This document shows positions 29,960-44,924 of a stretch of 64,000 nt of DNA, piece by piece. The notes below the pieces were generated by a model, which saw only the letters and a list, made by a program, of their open reading frames with translations, had not been told where the DNA came from and searched no databases. The first letter of the stretch is position 1. Each line of letters begins with the position of its first letter. Source of the stretch: Eledone cirrhosa (Eukaryota); NCBI GenBank assembly GCA_964016885.1, contig OZ024746.1, positions 13,702,001 through 13,766,000 on the forward strand, in the 5' to 3' direction. A program made the translations under genes and the position numbers.

Positions 29960-30139
29960 TATGTATAGTGTGTGTGAGTGTGTGCGTGTGTGTGTGTTTA
30001 TGTGCGTGTGTGTATGAAAGAGATCGTTTATTTGTGTTCAAACAAGTAAACATATAGATACGTATAACAAATAGAAGTCTGTATGTGTGTGTGGCAGAGA
30101 GAGAGAGAGAGAGATTATTTCCATGTGTGTATGTATGTA

Positions 30140-30217
<78 letters not shown>

Positions 30218-30283
30218 AGAGAGAGAGAGCACTTCCATGTGTGTATGTATGTTTGTCCGTAAAAGAGAGCGTGTATGTGTGTA

Positions 30284-30330
<47 letters not shown>

Positions 30331-30530
30331 TATTTCCATGTGTGTATGTATATGTGTGTGTATGTATGTGTGTGTGTATGTATGTGTGTGTATGTATATT
30401 TGTGTGTTAAAGAGAGCGCGTGTGTGTGATTGTATGTGTGTTAAAGAGAGCGCGCGTGTGTGATTGCATGTGTGTTAAAGAGAGCGCGCGTGTGTGATTG
30501 CATGTGTGTTAAAGAGAGCGCGCGTGTGTG
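29960..30530. repeat. Compound (TG)n/(GA)n repeat with short tandem units
   Basis: Direct inspection; includes a repeated tgtgttaaagagagcgcg unit. Confidence 0.85.
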
Positions 30531-30649
30531 AATGTAACAGGAGAGAAAACGGGAAATAATTACTTAATGACTAATGATAAAAATTGATTTACACTGATTC
30601 TTTTTAAGCCACTTGCAATAGATGTTACTGATGAAACAGAGTTGGTAAG

Positions 30650-30675
30650 ACAACAACAAACAGTAGCAACAACAA

Positions 30676-30749
<74 letters not shown>

Positions 30750-30892
30750 GAAACAACAACAACAATAACAACAACAACAACAATAACAACAACAGCAGCA
30801 GCAGCAACAACAAGCATTAGTAGCAGCAGCAACAACAACAACTACAACAACGACAGCAACAGAAACAACAACAGCAAGAATAAAAACAACAA

Positions 30893-30934
<42 letters not shown>

Positions 30935-31020
30935 CAACAACAATAATAACAAGAACAAGAACAAGAACAATAACAACATCAACAACAACAACAGCAAGAA
31001 TAAAACAACAACAAAAATCA
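30650..31020. repeat. (CAA)n/(CAG)n trinucleotide repeat
   Basis: Direct inspection. Confidence 0.95.
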
Positions 31021-31437
31021 CAAACAAATAAAAGAAACATAAAAAAGATGGAAGTAAACGATTTAGTGTTAGTATAGGAAATATGTTACCTTATTTTCTA
31101 TCTTGTTCATCTATCAGCCATTATTGCACGCAATAACCTTGTAACATTTAACCCTTTTCTTCTTCAATCGATGACTGAACGGATTTCTCACAATCACGTA
31201 CCAATTGTTAGTCAAATCTAACGGATGATTCAGCAATAAATATATTAAATCATTAAATAACGGAATAAAAACACATCTAGAAACCAAAGTAAATAAACCA
31301 GAACAAGAATTTAAACTTTATCTCAATGAACTCCGTTTTAAAAAGTAATGAGTAGATATTTCGCTTGATAACATGAAAATACACGTATAATATAAACGTA
31401 TTATATATATATAATATAAACGTATTATATATATATA

Positions 31438-31650
31438 AGGGCGGTGAATTGGCAGTGTCGGTAGAGGGTTGGACGCCATGCTTTCTAGCATAGTTACGCC
31501 ATGCTTTCTAGCATAGTTACATCCCTTTACGATCTGAGTTCAAATCCCGCCGAGGTTAACTTTGCCTTTCATCCTTACGGGGTCGATAAAATAAAGTACT
31601 AGTAATGTACTGGGTAATTGCTGGCCTTGTGCCTAAAGTAGAAACAATTA
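31438..31650 (+). mobile_element. SINE family A, full length, with small internal tandem duplication
   Basis: gggcggtgaattggcag...gtagaaacaatta; acgccatgctttctagcatagtt occurs twice. Confidence 0.9.
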
Positions 31651-31667
31651 TATATATATATATATAT

Positions 31668-31870
31668 GAACATATAATATATATAAACATATAATATATA
31701 AACATATAATATATATAAAGGTATAATATATATAAACATATAATATATATAAAGGTATAATATATATAAAGCTATAATATATATCAAGATATAATATATA
31801 TAAAGCTATAATATATAATAAAGCTATAATATATATCAAGGTATAATATATATACAGCTATAATATAAAC
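31668..31870. repeat. AT-rich minisatellite (~16-18 bp units)
   Basis: Recurrent ataatatatataaa(c/gg/gc). Confidence 0.8.
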
Positions 31871-34485
31871 TTTGAGATCACTGTAGACGGAAGATCTTGT
31901 TAGATCTTGTAAGGAAGAATATAAAGAAAAGGGAAAACATGAAAATAGAAAAGAAGATAAAATACTCTTTTCTTTCCATTTTTTTTTCTCCAAAGATATA
32001 GTGAAGCTCTATTGAAGCACGTATTTACAGAAAAAGCTGCTGCTAATTACTTCGGAAACTCCACATAACGCTTACATATCGATTGAGACGAGTTTTGGGT
32101 GAAGTAGGAACAAGTAGATGTGGACAGGGACAAAGAAAGGTATTTGTTGATTTGGATTATTAAACATACAACCCACCCGCTACAAACCACAGCGATATAC
32201 TGAAATAATTGGTTCTAGTTATTTGTTTGACACAAGACAGTTTATGAGATTTCTAATTGTACAAGAATAACTTGTACTCGACAGAAGAAATAAAAGTAAG
32301 ACTAACAAGAATAGAAGCAACGCAAACAAGAGCAGCAATCTAATACTATAGTAGGCTAAACAATAGGATCCGAGGAAAGTAGTGATCGTCTGTCAGCAAA
32401 TAATCAGTACAAACAATTCAAAAATAAAATTTCTATTGCTTTGCTTTAGGAAGAGGTTGAATTTAACTTTTCGTAGAAATATATATCAGACATTTTCTGG
32501 TGGTGTCGAATGAATAAATTGAGAGAGTAGTGTGTCTGTATGTGTGTATGAGGTAGAGGTAGATAGATAGATCGATGGATCGATAGATAGATAGAGATAG
32601 GGAGTAAGAGAAAGGAAGAGATAGATAATAGATAGATAGAGAGAGAGTAAATAGAGAAAAGGAAAGAGGTAGAGAGGGTCGTCGGTCATAAGGTGAAACA
32701 TCTATTGGAAAAGTTGATCATTAATACTTTGGGTGAAAAAGTTCCGAGAGTAAGGATGCTGTATTTTTTTGTGGGTTTCCGAATGAAAGTGAACCATGGT
32801 ATAAAGAGACTCCGAAAATAGTGAAGTGGTCCATGGAGTAGCCTGGTGAAATAAAAAGTCTAATTACGGTTTTGTAGAAGAGAGATTGAATGTTATTGTA
32901 GATATTAAGGAAATATTCACATTGATAACGGTAAATAAAACTGACAAAAGTAGCTGGTGACTTGATGGGGAAGTTATGACTGTATTGTTGGAGTTGATGG
33001 TTCAAGCGTAGCTTAATAGCGTAAACGAAAGCCAGCTTCTGAATAAGTATAGATTATGGTTTTGAAAAAAGCGAAAGAGAAAATTGAGAGTCTGAAGAAA
33101 GTAAAAAGTTACATATAGTCTGTTGAACCAGCAGAAGTTACGGGTGAAATATGATAGAAAAGTGATTCCTTTCCTGGTTCTATGAATAGCTCAGAATTGG
33201 TGGAGCATGGCGTTGATTGTCGATTCAGAGTGAGAAAGAATTTTCATCTTTGTTCGGATTTGGAAAAGAAATACAATTTTCATCTTTGTTCGGATTTGGA
33301 AATACAAATCTTTTCTGCATAGTCGACGGAGTTAGAGAATTTGAGAGAAAGTGATGGTAGTTTTAATGGGAGTAGGGTGAGGAAAAGGAAAGTTGGGATA
33401 GGAGTGTGAGTCAGTGTGTATATAATGTCTATAGGTAGAAATATGTGGGCTATCGATAGCGATGAAGATGGTCAATGAGAGTAACAGAAGTGTCAGAGAT
33501 TGTAGAAGAATAAAGTAGATGTTGACCTGAAAAGTGAAGTGAGTTTTTACTTCTACAAGAACTAAGCAAACCCGCAGCTAGGCATTTGAATTCACGAGAC
33601 TATATTTTTGGACCACCTCTCGGTTTGTGGAATCACCTTACACTATGGATCACCTTTCATGCTAAGCCCATTAATAGGAAATAGTTTTCTCTTTAAATCC
33701 TCTTTTTGCTTAAGAAAGATTCTAGACTTAGAAGTCAGTGCTTTCCCTCTAATATGATTAACAAACAAAAATTTATTTATTTTGTTTCATTTCTATTTAA
33801 TCTGTTTGTATCTCAATCAGTTTATTTTTCTCTTACAATATAATAGTTTTGCAATTTTCTCTAATTTTGTGGACTGAAATTAATTTTTTTTCTGCTATAC
33901 TATAGCCTTCAACAGTTGCTCCCCGCCCCACCACTCTTTAAATCTGTTTCAACAGACAGCTTCTGTTAAATTCTATCAGTCAGTTTGTCTGTTCAGCCGT
34001 GTGATTTTCTGACTTTAAAGCTACCTTTGATATTTCAGTGTCAATTTACTTCATAGTCTTTCTTTTTTTTCTTTGTACGTTTTTCTTCGCGTTATTATAC
34101 TTTATATTGCTTCAATCTTTATCTAACCTTTAGCTTTTTTTTCAGTCTATCTTCTTTGAAAAGTTTATCCTATTACATTATTTTGTTCTCTTCATCAATC
34201 TATTCTCAGCTATGTAAATATAATCCATTAGAATATCGGTGCTATAGTCAAAAATCAAGTAAACAGTTTTATAAGAGGTTTTATAAATTACTGCCAAATA
34301 AAACAGTCTTATTTCAATGCTGTATTCTAGTATTCTACTATTTTACTCTTTTACCTGTTCCAGCCATCCGGCTGAGGCCATGCTACGGCATCGCAAAATA
34401 TTCTTCTACAATTTCATAAATTTATTCTTTTATTCTTTTACTGGTTTAAGTCATTAAACATTCTGCTACACACACACACAGACAC

Positions 34486-34593
<108 letters not shown>

Positions 34594-34638
34594 CATATAT
34601 ATAAATATACAGACACTCATTATATATCTATATAAATA

Positions 34639-35312
34639 CAGGGGCGGTGGAAGTATTTCTGAATTGGATGGGTGGGAGGGTCAAATTTGGTCAATTTAGT
34701 TGTAGTAATTAGTTGAGCTCTTTGTACTCTAGAATGGTCAGGAAACTTCGATATACGATAAACATAACATGTACATAAATTGTAGCAATACCCAAATAGA
34801 TGTATTTTGGAAGTTTGGTGAGAAACTACCAAAACACACACGGAACTCTCTTCCAATCCCCTCTCTATATATCAATTAGCACCAAACTCTCCCCCTCTCT
34901 ATATCTACTACACGAAACACTCTTCCAATACCCCTCTTTATATCAATTAACACCAAACTCTCCCCCTCTCTATATCTATACTTATCTCTTCCATCTATCT
35001 CTACATAACATGTATATAAATTGAAGCGCATATACAAATAGATGTGCGTTTTGGTAGTTAGGGGAGAAAATATAATTATTGGCGGGGCCATGGCCATAGT
35101 GAGTGAGAGAGTGAGGTATGTCGTGGGATATAGAGAGCGGGAGAGAATTTGTTGATTTAGTGAGAGGATATTGTGAGAGCGAGAGAGAATGAGGTATTTA
35201 TTGCAATATAGAGAGGGGAAGAAAATTTGGTGTTCTAGTGAGATAGGGGGAATTGTGAGGGAGAGTGAGATATGTAGTGGGATATAGAGAGCGGGAGAGA
35301 GTTTGTTAATCT
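34639..35312 (+). mobile_element. hAT-like non-autonomous element end with subterminal direct and inverted repeats
   Basis: Starts CAGGGGCGGTGGAAG; homologous to the reverse complement of 40925-41117. Confidence 0.55.
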
Positions 35313-35501
35313 AGTGAGTGTTTATATATATTTGTATGTGTGTGTGTTTATAAATATATGTGTATGTGTGTTTATTTATATATGTGTGTGTGTTTATACG
35401 GGAGTGTGTGTGTGTGTGTGTTTATATGCATGTATGTGTGTGTGCCCGTGTGCTTGTATATGTGTGTGTGTGCGTGTGTGTTTGTATATATATATATATA
35501 T

Positions 35502-35650
35502 ATATTTATTAAAATAACAGATTAAAGTTTAAGCAAAGAATCGCTGCTTTCAGGCTTAACGGGATCTTCTGAAACAGTTTCAGAAGATCCCTAAAAGGGT
35601 GAAAGCAGCGATTCTTTGCTTAAACTTTAATCTGTTATTTTAATAAATAT
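35502..35650. repeat. TA-adjacent inverted repeat (~74-bp arms)
   Basis: Arms are complementary except for an ~8-nt bubble; centred at 35576. Confidence 0.9.
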
Positions 35651-35735
35651 TTGCTCTACGGTTGTTATATATTTGCTCTATATATTTATCCTTATCAAGC
35701 CCTCTTTGGATTTTAGTCTTCAAATTTATTATTAT

Positions 35736-35779
<44 letters not shown>

Positions 35780-35952
35780 GGAAAATCTGCTTCGTAGAAT
35801 CGAGACGTATCCGAGGACCGCGTGATTTCAGAGTCAGGTTTGATCATCACATCGATCGTGCCTCGAGCTTGTCGCCCGAGAAACAATTGTAATATGTCCA
35901 ATAAATTCCTTTCGTCGCAACACTGATTCTCTTTTTTCTGTGATATATATAT

Positions 35953-36264
35953 ATATTGTTATACCTTGGGAGGGCCATGTTGCCAATAAGAAACACACGC
36001 ACCAGTTGCTTTCACTTCAATTTATTATATATTTATAAATTTACAAATCTACAAATTTATAAATTTCTGGTTGGTTGGTTGGTTCCTTGGTTGGTTCCAC
36101 AACCAGATAGTTGTTTATATATAGTCATAGTCCTTTCGTCACACACTCTGTGACCTATACATTTGTAGATTTGTAAATTTATAAATATATAATAAATTGA
36201 AGTGAAAGCAACTGGTGCGTGTGTTTCTTATTGGCAACATGGCCCTCCCAAGGTATAACAATAT
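35953..36264. repeat. TA-adjacent inverted repeat (~108-bp arms, ~95-bp spacer)
   Basis: atattgttataccttgggagggcc...acaaat mirrored by atttgt...ggccctcccaaggtataacaatat. Confidence 0.92.
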
Positions 36265-36385
36265 CGGTTTCAACACACGATTTCAGATAAAGAATCTTGC
36301 TAAACAAATTCAGAAACATACACACACACACACACATATCTGTGTGTGTGTGTGTGTATGTATTTATATGTGTATTTATGTGTAT

Positions 36386-36690
36386 GAAAGTGCGTGGTTA
36401 GTGTATTCAGCTCACAATCGCAGAGTCGTGAGTTCAATGCCCAGCGACGTGTTGTGTCCTTGAGCAAGACACTTTATTTCACGTTGCTCCAGTCCACTCA
36501 ACTGGCAAAAATCAGTTGTACCTGTAATTCGAAGGACCATCCTTGTCACACTGAATCTCCCCGAGAACTGCGTAAAGAGTACACGTGTCTGTGGAATGCT
36601 CAGCCACTTGTACGTTAATTTCACAAGTAGGCTGTTTCGTTGATAATATCAACTGGAACACTCGTCGTCGTAACCGACAGAATGGCTCCA
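36386..36690 (+). mobile_element. SINE family B (CORE-like)
   Basis: gagttcaatgccc B-box; tgtgtccttgagcaagacactttatttcacgttgctccagtccactca is shared with the 43898 copy. Confidence 0.8.
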
Positions 36691-36737
36691 TTTATATGTG
36701 TGTGTATTTATATATATGTGTATGCCTGTGTGTGTTT

Positions 36738-36811
<74 letters not shown>

Positions 36812-37906
36812 AAAGTTCTATTTAAATTGTTGGGATACAACAAGCAAATATTATATATATTGATTGCAGATATGCATAATTTAACAGCCATAAATGCAGA
36901 AAAGTTAATCCTATATATTTATATATACTAACATTTTTTAATTAATAACACAAGGAGTGTATAGCAATAAATAAAAAATCACTTATGCTTTGTATGTATA
37001 CATTATGTGTGGGAGTAGATATAGTGTGTATTTTCTGAGTGTGTGAGTATATATATATATTTATCCACCTTTGCCTATGTATATGTGATATACGATAGAT
37101 AATCTCTCTAGCAATATATATATTTTATAATGTTTAAATTCCAATTTTTAATATATTGATCTCAATTTTTAAACTAAATATATAATCATAATTAAACAAT
37201 GTGTAATTTCTCATATTATATATCTATATTCCATTCACGAATATTAATATTTCTAATTTTATTTATTCATTTCATCTCAATTGTTAACTCAACTTAATAT
37301 GACATAACTTAAGGTTTTCGTTCTCTCCACCCCTCTCTCTATCTCTACATGAGTTCTTTCTCTGTCTGATGTTTTGATATCTCCCCGTTATTTTTCCTCT
37401 GTTCTCTTTTCTTTTTGCTTTCTTCTTTTTTCTTTATCTATCTTTCCCTTTCTTTTCTCCACGTTTCTCCACGTTTCTCTCTCTCTCTCTCTCTCCATCT
37501 TTTTACTTACTCTTAACACTATGACTTACTAAAGTAAACAAACCACTATCCGGATGGCCTCCAAAAACAACGGTCACCTTTTTGAAAGGGTACGTTAATA
37601 TCTATTTGTAAAACTGTTATATATTGTATTTTGTCTGATGAAGGCATACCATGATTTAACTTGGTATCCTTGAAATATATATAATGAAATAAATATGGTT
37701 TTATAAATATAGTTTCCATTTATTAATATTGTATATATATATATATATATATATGTGTCTCTATAGCTATCTCTCTCTATATATATATGCATATATATAC
37801 AGATTGTTCCAAAGAAATGTATACACACTGATAAGAATGCTGTTGAAGCGTATATAGATTTTTTGGGATACCCTGTATTTATATATGTGTGAGTGAGTAT
37901 CCCCCC

Positions 37907-38232
<326 letters not shown>

Positions 38233-38550
38233 TATACACCAATGTCGGAAATAATACTATACTACTACATTTAAATTTTTTTTTTTCATTACCTTTTTGT
38301 AATTATATAACTACACCTTAACTTAAACAAACCACACCAACCTATATCAAATTATCACCATTACATATATATATATTAATAAACCCCTTCTTTGATCTCT
38401 CACCTAATACAATTCTAATTTTTCTTAATAACCAAATAAATAAACAATTTAGACACCCTGATATACTCTCAATCCTTACTACTAAAACAATATATAACAC
38501 TAATGAACAGTGTATATAACACTAATTACTCCATTATATATTATATACAT

Positions 38551-38720
38551 AGGGCGGTGGTTTGGCAGTATCGGTAGAGCGTCAGACACCATGTTTTGCA
38601 GCATAGGAGTTATGGCCCTTTGAGTTCTGAGTTCAAATCCGCCGAGGTTAGCTTTGCCTTTCATCCTTACGAGGTCGATAAAATAAAGTACCAGTGGTGC
38701 ACTGGGGTAATCGGTGGGGT
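38551..38720 (+). mobile_element. SINE family A nested in the PLE remnant
   Basis: agggcggtggtttggcagtatcggtagagc...aataaagtaccag. Confidence 0.88.
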
Positions 38721-38763
38721 AATCTCTACAATATATATATATATATATATATTCTTACATAAT

Positions 38764-38794
<31 letters not shown>

Positions 38795-39903
38795 ATTATA
38801 TAAATCCCTATCTTGTTATTAAATACTTTAACTCTCTCAACACAATCTGAATATATAAGAATAACAAATAACTTTTATATATATAATTAATCAATAATCA
38901 TTAATAATATTTTATAATTAATAAATATTAATTTATAACACTATTTATTGAAAGATAACTTTCAATAGATAATTAAATTTATTTACAATAATAAAACAAC
39001 CCTTATTTTATTATTAACTTTAAATACTTCCTTAATTACCTCCCTTTGTATTTAACTTCTCTTGAGAATATCGTTTCCTTTATTTTTTAAATTCATAACG
39101 TTAAAACAATTTAACGACTTCTCAACCGCCTAATAACTATTAATAGAACTCGCACGTAAAGTAAACTCTAATATTTCTTAATAGAAAATTTAAAGATAGG
39201 AATGCATTGTATAATATATTTCCTATAATAACATGGAATTTATCTTTACCAAACACATATTTTTAAACTATACACATCTCAAACACATTACATCTAAAAC
39301 TAAGAAAATTCCATGGTTAATACATTTGTGTTACACCCAACATATACATCTATATACGAACTCCAATATAAAAATTCTTGAATGACAATTACCTATCTAA
39401 TTTAATCACGTTTTTTGCATTATATTTTACATAACATCTATCCATTTTATCACCACATATCTCTCTACCATATTTCACGCCATTTAAAATTTTTTAAACA
39501 TTTCTAACACTTTTAACATGCTTTTACATTCTATATGAAATATGTTTGTTTCATTTATTATATAACGCTTACCTCATGCGTCCTTTATTAATTTTATTAA
39601 TTTTTGCATTATATACTCTTAACATTACCTGCTTTTCAATGCTATGTTATCTTTTATCTATCTTATCTTACATTTTTTTTGCTTGTATCTTTTGCACATG
39701 TATTACCTTAAACAATATCTTTATACATAATATGCTCAATTTTTCACTTTTCACCATTGCTCCTTATACTGTGTTTTCTGTAGCATAACATCCTTTTATA
39801 ACTCCTGCTTTTCTATATGATGTCACTGACACTGACAATAGTTATGTATCTATATAAATGTTCTGAAGACTAGGATTTTAATTACCTGTTTAAACATTCT
39901 CTA

Positions 39904-39950
39904 TGTTCCGATGATCCCAGACATCCGTCTGGAAGAAACAATTGTCAGCA
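39904..39950 (+). ncRNA. Candidate minimal hammerhead ribozyme, C4 variant
   Basis: tgtt-CCGATGA-tcCCAGAC(atcc)GTCTGGaa-GAA-ACAATTGT-C-agca; palindromic stem III, GUC triplet. Confidence 0.6.
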
Positions 39951-40115
39951 ATTAAATGTATTAAACTAAGATTTGATTGTTTTAATATTTTGTATTTCGG
40001 CTCTGTAATACATTTGATAATTTGCATTGAGCCTTTTCTCCTACCAGTAACCGGCTAGTACTTCGTACTGCCCTCCATATTTATAATTGTATATAAAACA
40101 TATATAAGTATAAAT

Positions 40116-40305
<190 letters not shown>

Positions 40306-40924
40306 TAAATAGAGGAAAAGTATGACTTCACTTGTAGTTCTAAACAATGTAATTTAATTTAATAATTTGGTTTTGTAGATCTAGTAAGTTCTTTGTTAAC
40401 TTCACTTCGGTGGGGGAAATTGTTAAAGATTTCTGGTTAACTTTCCTGGAGAACTTTCTCGCATTCGTCGGTGGCGATTGTCAAACTGATCTCAAGTTGT
40501 GTTGTATTGTGTGACTCTACATATGAGATTTGGGTGTGTAGGAGTGAAGGAGAGTTGAAGATTTATACAGAAAATAGTGAATGATAAGAGCAAGATAATT
40601 GATTGGGAGTGGAGTTGGGAGGTGTTGGGGGTGTTTAAGGAGTTTTAGAAAGGGGTTTTAAAAGTGTTCTCCTGCTGGTTCCATTTCAATAAATGACCTT
40701 TGATGAATATAATGGCAGGATGTTTTTCAAATTCTTTTCTCATAGCTGAATCAACTATCTTAAATTTATAAGAATAACTTCAACAATTGTCTATATTAAA
40801 GATGAATTTGGGTGTGTGTCTGGTGGCGGTGGTGGGTTAATGAGGTGTAAGATACATGTCTTTTAATAAAAATGAGATGACAGCAAAGAGAAAAATAAGG
40901 ATAGTTTTGGAATATTTGGATGGC

Positions 40925-41117
40925 ATTTTTCTCTCCAAACTACCAAAACACACATTGTATATGCTCTATAATTTATGTACATGTTATGTGTATCGCATAT
41001 CGAATTTTATTTTGATATGTTAGTTGATATTTGATAACAGCTAAACTAATCAATTCAACTAAATTGACCAAAATGTAACCCCCACCACCTAATTCAGAAA
41101 TACTTCCACCGCCCCTG
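40925..41117 (-). mobile_element. hAT-like element end, same family as 34639
   Basis: Ends aattcagaaatacttccaccgcccctg. Confidence 0.55.
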
Positions 41118-41220
41118 ATGCATGGAACTATAAAATGTATAGCAAAACAACCCGAAGATCATGGAGACAGTGGTAGATTGCGGCAGAAATGTTTGGTAAA
41201 GTTTGCAAATTTGGAAAAAC

Positions 41221-42440
41221 TTATATACCACGGGGAAACTAGTGTAGTGATGTTGCCTTATATACCATGGGGAAACTAGTACAGTGATGTTGCCTTATAT
41301 ACCATGGGGAAACTAGTGTAGTGATGTTGCCTTATATACCATGGGGAAACTAGTGTAGTGATGTTGCCTTATATACCATGGGGAAACTAGTTTAGTGATG
41401 TTGCCTTATATACCATGGGGAAACTAGTGTAGTGATGTTGCCTTATATACCATGGGGTAACTAGTGTAGTGATGTTGCCTTATATACCATGGGGTAAATA
41501 GTACAGTGATGTTGCCTTATATACCATGGGGTAACTAGTGTAGTGATGTTGCCTTATATACCCTGGGGTAACTAGTACAGTGATGTTGCCTTATATACCA
41601 TGGGGAAACTAGTGTAGTGATGTTGCCTTATATACCATGGGGTAACTAATACAGTGATGTTGCCTTATATACCATGGGGTAACTAGTGTAGTGATGTTGC
41701 CTTATATACCATGGGGAAACTAGTGTAGTGATGTTGCCTTATATACCATGGGGTAACTAGTACAGTAATGTTGCCTTATATACCATGGGGTAACTAGTGT
41801 AGTGATGTTGCCTTATATACCATGGGGTAACTAGTACAGTGATGTTGCCTTATATACCATGGGGTAACTAGTACAGTGATGTTGCCTTATATACCATGAG
41901 GTAACTAGTACAGTGATGTTGCCTTATATACCATGGGGTAACTAGTACAGTGATGTTGCCTTATATACCATGGGGTAACTAGTACAGTGATGTTGCCTTA
42001 TATACCATGGGGTAACTAGTACAGTGTTGTTGCCTTATATACCATGGGGTAACTAGTGTAGTGATGTTGCCTTATATACCCTGGGGTAACTAGTACAGTG
42101 ATGTTGCCTTATATACCATGGGGTAACTAGTACAGTGATGTTGCCTTATATACCATGGGGTAACTAGTACAGTGTTGTTGCCTTATATACCATGGGGTAA
42201 CTAGTACAGTGATGTTGCCTTATATACCATGGGGTAACTAGTACAGTGATGTTGCCTTATATACCATGGGGTAACTAGTACAGTGATGTTGCCTTATATA
42301 CCATGGGGTAACTAGTACAGTGTTGTTGCCTTATATACCATGGGGTAACTAGTACAGTGTTGTTGCCTTATATACCATGGGGTAACTAGTGTAGTGATGT
42401 TGCCTTATATACCATGGGGAAACTAATGTAGTGATGTTGC
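41221..42440. repeat. 37-bp minisatellite, ~33 copies
   Basis: Unit ccttatataccatggggwaactagtryagtgatgttg. Confidence 0.97.
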
Positions 42441-42597
42441 AAGCAAATCTTTTTTTTTTCTATAGAGAAAAACTATTTTAAAAGGTCTGCCATGTCATTG
42501 AACACTTCTATCATTAAACCTTAACATTTCTCTCTCCGAAGAAGTATTTTACTTGAAACGTTAGAACTCTGGTCTCAACCTGGCATACATATCTCTA

Positions 42598-43364
42598 ACA
42601 TACACACATGCACATACACACACACACATGCACACACACACACACACGCACACATGCACATACACATACACATATACACACATGCACATACACACACACA
42701 TACACATGCACACACACACACATGCACACACACACATACACACACACGCACACATGCACATACACATATACATATACACACATGCACATACACACACACA
42801 CACATGCACATACACATATACATATACACACATGCACATACACACACACACATGCACATACACACACACACACATGCCCACACACACACACACACACATG
42901 CACATACACATATACACACACATGCACACACACACACGCACACACACACATGCACACACACACAGATGCACATACACATATACACACAAATACATGCACA
43001 CACACATACACACACACGCACACATGCACATACACATACACACACACACATGCACACACAAACACGCACACATGCACATACACATGCACACACACACACA
43101 CACACACACAGACACACACACACACACACACGCACACATGCACATACACATGCACACACACATGAACACACACACACACACACGCACACATGCACATACA
43201 CATATACACACACATACATGCACATACCCATACATACATACACATGCACATATATACACACACACATGCAGATACACACTCTGACACACATACACATACA
43301 CAGACAGAGACACACATACATACACATACACAGAGACACAGGCCCATGCACATACACAAACACT

Positions 43365-43420
<56 letters not shown>

Positions 43421-43440
43421 CACACACAAACGCACATACA
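42598..43440. repeat. Long degenerate (CA)n/(CATG)/(CATA) tract
   Basis: Direct inspection. Confidence 0.95.
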
Positions 43441-43897
43441 GATAAAATATTTATGTTTGAGATAACATTCCCGGAACGTGATTTCGTTTGATCAAGTCTC
43501 AAGTCAATCACATCAGCGAGAAGGAAATAAAAGAAATGTAATGACTGTTAGCGATGTAAGTAGTGCAAATCGTTGAAATCTGCTCTGATCTGTCATACAT
43601 CAACGATGTCTACTTCGGAATTCCCGAAGAGGTATTCGGGCATATTCGGAACGTCGAAGTTCACTTTTATTTAAGATACGGATTGTGTGGCGAATAATCT
43701 TGGATTTTTCTGTAAGTCCATAAGTACTTTGATCTGTTGCCAACAGCAAATACCTCATCTAATACCGGCTATCGGCTGCTGGATGTCTATCCTTTGTCTC
43801 CACATTAAAAAAAAATATATTAAGAGTGTTGTGGCGTTTTTCAAAGAGAACAATATAAATAAATGGATTTACTTTATAATATATATGATGGCGTAGT

Positions 43898-44221
43898 GAA
43901 GGCGCATGGCTTAGTGGTTAGAGCATTGGGCTTGCAATTGAGGGGCTGTGAGTTCGATTCTCGGACCGGGTGATGCGTTGTGCCCTTGAGCAAGACACTT
44001 TATTTCACGTTGTTCCAGTTTACTCAGCTGTAGAAATGAGTTGCGCTGTCACTGGTGCCAATCTGTATCGGCCATTGCCTTTCCTGTCGGTGGCGTAGAG
44101 AGGGGAGGCTGGTATGCATGGGCGACTACTGGTCTTCCACAAAAAAAAACCTTGCCCAGGCTTGTACCTCAAAGGGAAACTTTCTAGGTGCAAAACCATG
44201 GTCATTCGTGACCGAGTGGGG

Positions 44222-44224
<3 letters not shown>
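43898..44224 (+). mobile_element. SINE family B (tRNA head, CORE-like body), full length, ending in (GA)n
   Basis: A box tggcttagtgg, B box gagttcgattc, then tgtgcccttgagcaagacactttatttcac. Confidence 0.85.
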
Positions 44225-44256
<32 letters not shown>

Positions 44257-44613
44257 GGGTATGGTCGGTAGTTGTTTCTTACGGTTGTACTGACTATGTG
44301 TGAGTAATATGCCAATTACGTGATGGAGATTGTAGTTGCTATAGAGTAGTATAGAAACTACGCCATACGACAGTTGCGGCCTGACGATGTCCGTCGCTCC
44401 TATCATAGCACTTGGAGCAGATTTGTGGTAGCTTGACTAAAAGGGCTCAGGTAAGGTTTTGAAGAAAGTGTTTCAATAAATTTAATAAATGATGCAGTAC
44501 AGTTTTATGGGTAGGCTTGATTGTAGGATTATGAATTGCCTTTACTTGAGTTTGTGCATAGCATGGGTTTGGTTTAGATTTGTTTGAGAGTGAAAGGTAG
44601 AATCCCTTACAGG

Positions 44614-44650
44614 GGCTGACCAGTTTCATCTCAGTGGAGAATCATCGGAC
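44614..44650 (-). ncRNA. Candidate degenerate minimal hammerhead
   Basis: Reverse complement CCGATGA-tTCTC(cact)GAGAt-GAA-ACTGGT-C; stem I poorly paired; a short inverted copy gatgaaactgatc is adjacent. Confidence 0.4.
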
Positions 44651-44769
44651 TACGATGAAACTGATCCGCCACTGTGACAAACTGCACATTGTAGACCCCT
44701 AATAAAAATACATATTCCACTTGTTTTAGGTCCCCTTTCTTAAAAAGGGAGCCATTACCAGTGTATATA

Positions 44770-44819
<50 letters not shown>

Positions 44820-44821
<2 letters not shown>

Positions 44822-44924
44822 GGAAAAGAGTCAGGAATTTTTCCCTATCACCCACTCTACTACCCTAAGTATCAAGTACTCTGGTGTGTTATGGTCCACC
44901 TGGTATCTTACCACACCCTCTTTG

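Noticed and set aside
30560-31040. Poly-Q/T/N coding exon
   Set aside because: Pure trinucleotide repeat with no flanking complex coding sequence
41221-42440. CRISPR array (37-bp repeats)
   Set aside because: No spacers; simple tandem minisatellite
43898-43975. tRNA gene
   Set aside because: A and B boxes are present but the sequence continues into a repeated SINE body; the same applies at 24373
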